Origin: Thermodesulfobacteriota bacterium
GTDB taxonomy: Bacteria > Desulfobacterota_D > UBA1144 > Nemesobacterales > UBA2774
Assembly (NCBI GenBank): GCA_963422265.1
Contig: OY729416.1
Span: 480,001-544,000, forward strand
DNA: 64,000 bases
Direction: 5' to 3'
This document shows, piece after piece, positions 58,701-64,000 of the stretch (position 1 is its first letter; every line of letters starts with the position of its first letter). A program made the translations under genes and the position numbers. Under the pieces are notes generated by a model, which ran no database searches, was not told where the DNA came from, and was given only the letters and a program-made list of their open reading frames with translations.

Positions 58701-59954
58701 TTAACCAAAAATCCTTTTCGCTTTCTTCATAGCCTCAATGGCGAGGTCTATGTCATTTTTGGTATTGTAGAGATAAAAGCTTATTCTTGCTGCATAGTCT
58801 ATACCAAGTCTTTTCATAAGAGGTTGAGCACAGTGATGCCCTGAACGGATAGCTATTCCGGACTCGTCCAAAACCCCCGCAACGTCGTGAGGATGAACGC
58901 CTTCAACGTTAAAGGAAATCACTCCCACCCTGTCTCCTTTATTATGAGGTCCGTATATTTTCAGCCATGGATATTGAGTCATTTTCTCAAGGGCATAAGA
59001 AAGAAGCTCTTCTTCATAATTATATATCTCTTCAATGCCGACGCGTTCTATATAATCAACTGCTGCCCCAAGACCTATACCCCCAGCGACGTTGGGGGTG
59101 CCAGCTTCGAACTTCCAAGGAAGCTCGTTCCAAGTGGATTTGTCCATATCTACTCTTTCAATCATATCTCCACCGTATTGAAATGGTTCAACAACGTTAG
59201 ATAAGAGTTCCTCTCGGCCATAAAGAAAACCTATGCCAGTAGGACCGAGCATCTTGTGCCCCGAAGCAGCCATAAAATCGCAGCCTATCTCCTGCACGTC
59301 TATTGGCATATGTGGAACCGATTGGGCAGAGTCTATTAATACTAGCGCCCCTACTCTTTTAGCTTCCTCAATTATAAGTTTAATCGGATTAATAACACCA
59401 AAGACATTAGAAGTCTGTAGAACGCTTACAAGTTTTGTCCTTTCTGTCAACAACTTAGGGAGCTCATCAAGCCTTAAATTGCCTTCTTCGTCAACATCTA
59501 GGTATTTAACAACGATACCTTTTACGTCTCTTAACATCTGCCATGGAACAATATTTGAATGATGTTCCATAATAGTGATAAGCACCTCATCTCCTGCGTT
59601 TAAGTTGTGAAGTCCCCAGCCGTAAGCGATAAGGTTAATTGACTCGGTAGCGTTTCTGGTAAAGATAATATTTCTCCAGTTACCGGAGCCAATGAATCCT
59701 GCAATTTTTTTATGTGCATCCTCATACATTAGCGTTGACTCATAGCTTAAAGTGTGAACGCCTCTATGTATGTTGGAATTATGCTTAGCATAGTATGTAG
59801 ATAGAGATTCAATTACGGAAGTAGGTTTTTGTGTTGTGGCGGCGTTGTCCAGATAGACAAGAGGCTTACCATTTATCCTCCTGCTAAACACAGGAAAATC
59901 TTCTTTTATTCTCTCGGGATTTAGGCTCTTAACGGGGTTTAATTTGTTTTTCAT
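58701..59954 (-). CDS. sufS: Cysteine desulfurase, SufS-type
   Basis: YLDNAATTQKP, EHHSN, SGHKMLGP, EAGTP, RSGHHCAQP. Confidence 0.94.
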   Translation of the reverse strand: MKNKLNPVKSLNPERIKEDFPVFSRRINGKPLVYLDNAATTQKPTSVIESLSTYYAKHNSNIHRGVHTLSYESTLMYEDAHKKIAGFIGSGNWRNIIFTRNATESINLIAYGWGLHNLNAGDEVLITIMEHHSNIVPWQMLRDVKGIVVKYLDVDEEGNLRLDELPKLLTERTKLVSVLQTSNVFGVINPIKLIIEEAKRVGALVLIDSAQSVPHMPIDVQEIGCDFMAASGHKMLGPTGIGFLYGREELLSNVVEPFQYGGDMIERVDMDKSTWNELPWKFEAGTPNVAGGIGLGAAVDYIERVGIEEIYNYEEELLSYALEKMTQYPWLKIYGPHNKGDRVGVISFNVEGVHPHDVAGVLDESGIAIRSGHHCAQPLMKRLGIDYAARISFYLYNTKNDIDLAIEAMKKAKRIFG

Positions 59955-59985
59955 AGCAACTTAAAAAGCTTCAGATAGTCAACTA

Positions 59986-60372
59986 TTATCCTAAGTTGGC
60001 GCCTTTGCCTTTGGTGAGAAGGGCTTTTTTTAGCACAGTAAATCCCAAAAGAGCGCACTTGAACCTAATTGGTGAAACTTTGCCTCCCAGCGCTTTGAGC
60101 GCGTCGTCGTCTGTAAGAGATATAATTTCTTCAACCTTCTTGCCTATGACCTGCTCAGTCAGAATAGAAACTGATGCTTGACTAATAGCGCACCCACTGC
60201 CTGAGAATTTTATTTCCTTTATCATATTATCCGCGATTGTTAAGTCTATTCTTACTAAATCGCCACAGGATGGAATCCCTTCTTCATACGACGCGTCAGG
60301 CTCATCCAAGATTCCGTAATTTCGTGGGTTTTTATAGTGGTCAAGTATGAATTCTATATCTTCTGATTCCAT
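59986..60372 (-). CDS. sufU: SufU/NifU-family Fe-S assembly protein
   Basis: DHYKNPRN, SCGD, GCAISQAS, RFKCALL; directly upstream of sufS. Confidence 0.88.
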   Translation of the reverse strand: MESEDIEFILDHYKNPRNYGILDEPDASYEEGIPSCGDLVRIDLTIADNMIKEIKFSGSGCAISQASVSILTEQVIGKKVEEIISLTDDDALKALGGKVSPIRFKCALLGFTVLKKALLTKGKGANLG

Positions 60373-60455
60373 TTTAATAGAGATTTTCCATCATGCTAAA
60401 TGTAAGATTCCAACTATTTGCCATATTTAACTTGGCTTTTTGAGGGTATGAGGTT

Positions 60456-61046
60456 TTATGAGTGGACCACTGTCACCTTACAGCCATTTTCTCTTAACAC
60501 TTTTTCTATCCTGCCCAGGTCACTATCTACCACCCAAAAATAGCATACGCTCCTGTCAAGCGGAGCAGAACTAAACGACAACACCTTATCTGAATTTGCC
60601 TCTACTAAATGCAAAACGTCAAACAAGCCTAGCCCTGGCGATGTTTTAACCTCGAGCTTAATTGGTTTTTCGTTAAAACTGAACTTATCGCGCAAGGCGT
60701 CTAATATGTCGCTTACGCTTACTATACCTACCAAATCCCCCTCTTTAGTTACGACTGGAAGGATATTGATATCTACCTTCCTAATAATGTCAGCTGCGTT
60801 TTCTATTGATGCTTCCTCCAAAATGGTTACAGGGTCGTCTAGCATCACTTTGTCAGCGCTAACCGGTCCCATACTTCCTAAGGCTCTGCTCAACCCTTTT
60901 TCCGTAACTATTCCGATTAGCTTTCTATTCTCGACCACTGGTAGCTGACTATAACCAAGCCCTTTCATTTTATTAATTATCTCTGATGCTCTATCTCCGG
61001 GTGATACCGTCGTCGGGTTCGTTGTCATATAGTCTTTGACAAGCAC
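60456..61046 (-). CDS. CBS-pair protein with an ACT-like C-terminus (AcuB-like)
   Basis: VKDYMTTNP, LPVVE..LIGIVT, LPVV...LVGIVS. Confidence 0.82.
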   Translation of the reverse strand: MLVKDYMTTNPTTVSPGDRASEIINKMKGLGYSQLPVVENRKLIGIVTEKGLSRALGSMGPVSADKVMLDDPVTILEEASIENAADIIRKVDINILPVVTKEGDLVGIVSVSDILDALRDKFSFNEKPIKLEVKTSPGLGLFDVLHLVEANSDKVLSFSSAPLDRSVCYFWVVDSDLGRIEKVLRENGCKVTVVHS

Positions 61047-61194
61047 TGATTCTCCTCCTGCGCTGTTATAATTAGTCTGCGCTCATTGTCCGTCAGCAAA
61101 GCTTCTACTAATTTCTGATATGATGTGTGTATGATACCATTAGACTATATTCTTGACAATTTTATAGATCATCGGTTTTCTTTAGAATAAGGAC

Positions 61195-62724
61195 ATGAGA
61201 AAATCAGGAACCGTCTATCTAATTGGCGCAGGTCCTGGCGACCCTGAGCTAATCACCATAAAAGGTAAAGAGATACTTAAAAAAGCAGACGTTATAGTAT
61301 ATGACTATCTGGTAAATCCAGAACTACTTAGACACTCTAAGGATGGATCAGAAGTAATCTACGTTGGGAAAAAAGCGGGACAGAAAGCGCTCTCGCAGTC
61401 AGATATAAATAAGTTGCTAATTAAGAAGGTTAAAAAGGTTAAAGTAGTTGCAAGGCTTAAAGGAGGGGACCCCTTTATTTTTGGTAGGGGTGGAGAGGAA
61501 GTTGAATCGCTTGTAAAAAACGGTATTGATATAAGCATCGTTCCTGGCGTAACTTCGGCTTCTGCCGTGCCATCATACGCTGGCATTCCTTTAACTCATA
61601 GAGACATAACCTCCTCATTTGCAGTCGTTACTGGTCACGAGAATCCTACGAAGGATGAATCTAATATTCCGTGGAGGTCTCTCTCTAACATAGGAACGCT
61701 GGTTTTTTTAATGGGAGTTAAGAATCTAAAAGAGAATATGAATAAACTTATAGACAGTGGAAAGCCAGCGCGTACGCCTGCTGCCGTTATTACATGGGGC
61801 ACCTATCCTTTTCAGACGACGGTTACGGGCACCATAGGGGACATAGCTGAGGTTATAAAACGTAGAAAAGATATAGCTTCTCCCGCAGTCACTATAGTAG
61901 GCGATGTTGTTGGGATAAGAGAGATAGCAAATTGGTATGAGTCAAGACCTCTTTTTGGAAAGAGAGTAGTAGTAACAAGAGCAGAGGAGCAAGCGACCCC
62001 GTTTGTAAAATTACTCTCTGACAAGGGAGCGAACGTAATTGAGTTTCCCACTATTGAGATTAAGCCTCCTAAGAGTTTCAAAAAACTAGATGAAGCTATA
62101 TATAGGATTAAGGAATACGACTGGATTATTTTTACAAGTCTAAACGGAGTCAACAATTTCTTCAAAAGGTTTATAGAGTTGAAAAAAGATATAAGAGAGC
62201 TTTACAATATTAGCATTGCTGCAATAGGACAGAAAACCGCGAATTCTATTGAAGAAATGAGTATAAAAGTGGAAATGATTCCCGATGAATATGTAACGGA
62301 GAGTCTTATTGACAGTTTTAGAAGTATAGGAATCGAGGAAAAAAAAATCCTCATTCCTAGGGCAAAGGTCGCAAGGAACTTACTACCCACAACCCTTGAA
62401 AAACTAGGAGCGATTGTTGACGTAGTGACCTGTTATGAAACCGGGAAACCGCAAAAGGAAGCGCCTCAAAAACTAAGTAAGATGCTTAAAAACTCACAGA
62501 TTGACGTTATCACCTTTACAAGCCCTTCAACCGCTACAAATTTTCTCTCCTTAGTGGACTACATTCCCGCTAAAACGTTAATAGCGTGCATAGGCCCAAT
62601 AACTGCTAGCGCAGTAAAAAAACTAGGTCATAAAGCTAGTATTGTCCCCTCTAAATATACTATTGAAAACCTCGCCGAAGAGATCTCGAATCATTTAGGG
62701 AAACCAAGAGCTAGGAAAGGATAG
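61195..62724 (+). CDS. cobA: Uroporphyrinogen-III C-methyltransferase / synthase fusion (CobA-HemD)
   Basis: GAGPGDPELIT, RLKGGDPFIFGRGGEE; HemD part with FTSLNGV, FTSPST, CIGPITA. Confidence 0.94.
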   Translation: MRKSGTVYLIGAGPGDPELITIKGKEILKKADVIVYDYLVNPELLRHSKDGSEVIYVGKKAGQKALSQSDINKLLIKKVKKVKVVARLKGGDPFIFGRGGEEVESLVKNGIDISIVPGVTSASAVPSYAGIPLTHRDITSSFAVVTGHENPTKDESNIPWRSLSNIGTLVFLMGVKNLKENMNKLIDSGKPARTPAAVITWGTYPFQTTVTGTIGDIAEVIKRRKDIASPAVTIVGDVVGIREIANWYESRPLFGKRVVVTRAEEQATPFVKLLSDKGANVIEFPTIEIKPPKSFKKLDEAIYRIKEYDWIIFTSLNGVNNFFKRFIELKKDIRELYNISIAAIGQKTANSIEEMSIKVEMIPDEYVTESLIDSFRSIGIEEKKILIPRAKVARNLLPTTLEKLGAIVDVVTCYETGKPQKEAPQKLSKMLKNSQIDVITFTSPSTATNFLSLVDYIPAKTLIACIGPITASAVKKLGHKASIVPSKYTIENLAEEISNHLGKPRARKG

Positions 62725-63453
62725 ATGCCCAGGTTTCCCGTAAGCCATAATCAAATAAACGATAACGTAGCCACGATATTGGGAGATGATTATAGGCACG
62801 TAGTAAAGGTTTTAAGGCTGGGTAAAGGGGATAGGCTTACCCTTTTTGATTCAAATTCAGTTGAGCACTATGGGTTAATAGAAAGTATCGGAAAAAGAGA
62901 AGTTGTAGTGCGTATTGCTGAGTCGCGCGCGGTTGATACCGATCCCCTTATAAACATTACTCTGCTTCAAGGGATGGCTAAGGGTGATAAGATGGACTAT
63001 GTAGTTGAAAAAGCGACCGAGTTGGGAGTAAACACAATAGTTCCCGTTATAACTGAGAGATCTCAAACAAGGAATACTAATAGGGTGGAAAGATGGCGGC
63101 GTATTGCGGTTGAAGCGTCTAAGCAATGTGGTAGAACAAAACCTACGGTTTTAGAAGATACCTTAGATTTTAAGACTGCAATTAATATATACTATAATAA
63201 CAGAGGGTTGTCAATCATACTCCATGTCGATTGTGAGCTATCAGTCAAGGATTATTTTGGGCAGCCTTTACCGCTTTCGCACAATAATATAACGATACTC
63301 GTCGGGCCGGAGGGTGGATTGACTGAAAAAGAAATACTCCTTGCCAAAGAAATGGACTTTATTCCTCTAGGCATAGGTCCTAGAATTCTTAGAACTGAGA
63401 CGGCGAGTCTAACAATCCTTTCAATCGTTCAGTTTCTATATGGAGATCTGTAG
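62725..63453 (+). CDS. rsmE: 16S rRNA m3U1498 methyltransferase
   Basis: HVVKVLRL, KATELGV, EASKQCGR, VGPEGG, LGIGPRILRTETA. Confidence 0.95.
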   Translation: MPRFPVSHNQINDNVATILGDDYRHVVKVLRLGKGDRLTLFDSNSVEHYGLIESIGKREVVVRIAESRAVDTDPLINITLLQGMAKGDKMDYVVEKATELGVNTIVPVITERSQTRNTNRVERWRRIAVEASKQCGRTKPTVLEDTLDFKTAINIYYNNRGLSIILHVDCELSVKDYFGQPLPLSHNNITILVGPEGGLTEKEILLAKEMDFIPLGIGPRILRTETASLTILSIVQFLYGDL

Positions 63454-63480
63454 TTTTCCCACTACTAAAGAGAACAAGTG

Positions 63481-64000
63481 TTAATTAAGTATTTTAGGCT
63501 TGGCTAAGTTTGAAAAAAGAATAGCCGACAGAATAATGAGAAATAAAAGTCCTAGTGCTCCAAATTGCAAGTAGTTTTCACCTTCACCTACTATATTAAG
63601 CCATTTTTGTTTCTTAAACTCTATTTGTATCCTGTGCCCGGGTTTAAGCTCAGTGCCAGACCATTTTAGAAAGTTTTGGTTATCAATTATGACAGGCTCA
63701 CCAGTGCTGAGTCCCTTTACGGATACGGTGCCCTCAAAACCTGAAATGAGGAGCAAAAAATGACCCGTTGGGTAATCAATTACTTTTTCTACATAGGTAT
63801 CTCCTGATTCTAAACTCAGTGAGTAAGTGTAAACTACCCTTCTCTCTCCAGGAATGACGCTTGAAGTGTCGGAAAAGCCAATATCCGTTCCAACCGTGCT
63901 ATTCAATGATATACCGTGAATCAGCTTAAAATCCCTTGCGTTGTCAGGCGTGCTAAACTTCAGGGTCTCTTTTCTACCGTCTTCAAGGACTTTATCTCCA
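63481..64000 (-). CDS. Hypothetical membrane-anchored protein, 5' end outside the window
   Basis: Frame stays open from 63906 to the window edge (GDKVLEDGRKETLKFSTP...); C-terminal TM helix. Confidence 0.7.
   Translation of the reverse strand, partial: GDKVLEDGRKETLKFSTPDNARDFKLIHGISLNSTVGTDIGFSDTSSVIPGERRVVYTYSLSLESGDTYVEKVIDYPTGHFLLLISGFEGTVSVKGLSTGEPVIIDNQNFLKWSGTELKPGHRIQIEFKKQKWLNIVGEGENYLQFGALGLLFLIILSAILFSNLAKPKILN

Overview
64 kb of an AT-rich bacterial chromosome. The gene content (folP-cdaA-cdaR-glmM-pdxJ, metK-ahcY-xerD-M50 protease-scpAB, mqnC, cobA-hemD) suggests a deltaproteobacterial or Desulfobacterota-type lineage, possibly Dadabacteria-like; this is inference only. Most of the window is housekeeping. 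Four parts stand out. (1) A ~15 kb defence island between purK and trkH (about 16.6-31.8 kb). It holds a Type III-like R-M operon in res-X-mod order with an OLD-family ABC-ATPase/TOPRIM nuclease translationally coupled between res and mod, an ABC-ATPase + PD-(D/E)XK pair, a hidden DUF488-like C-terminal remnant next to a truncated partner, a frameshifted His-motif gene before a DUF1828-like gene, and a YhaO/YhaN (Mre11/Rad50-like) pair. (2) A tight CHAD - ParA-type ATPase - CYTH operon with no ParB, a candidate polyphosphate-granule positioning or turnover system. (3) Two paralogous ~440-aa nitroreductase/SagB-fold proteins of unknown function, one downstream of a PerR/Fur regulator. (4) A decayed phage-like cassette (lipoprotein pseudogene, 3TM holin, SGNH hydrolase) beside a cluster of degenerate palindromic repeats. 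No rRNA, tRNA, CRISPR array or intact transposase was seen. All family calls come from motif recognition by eye; no database searches were run.
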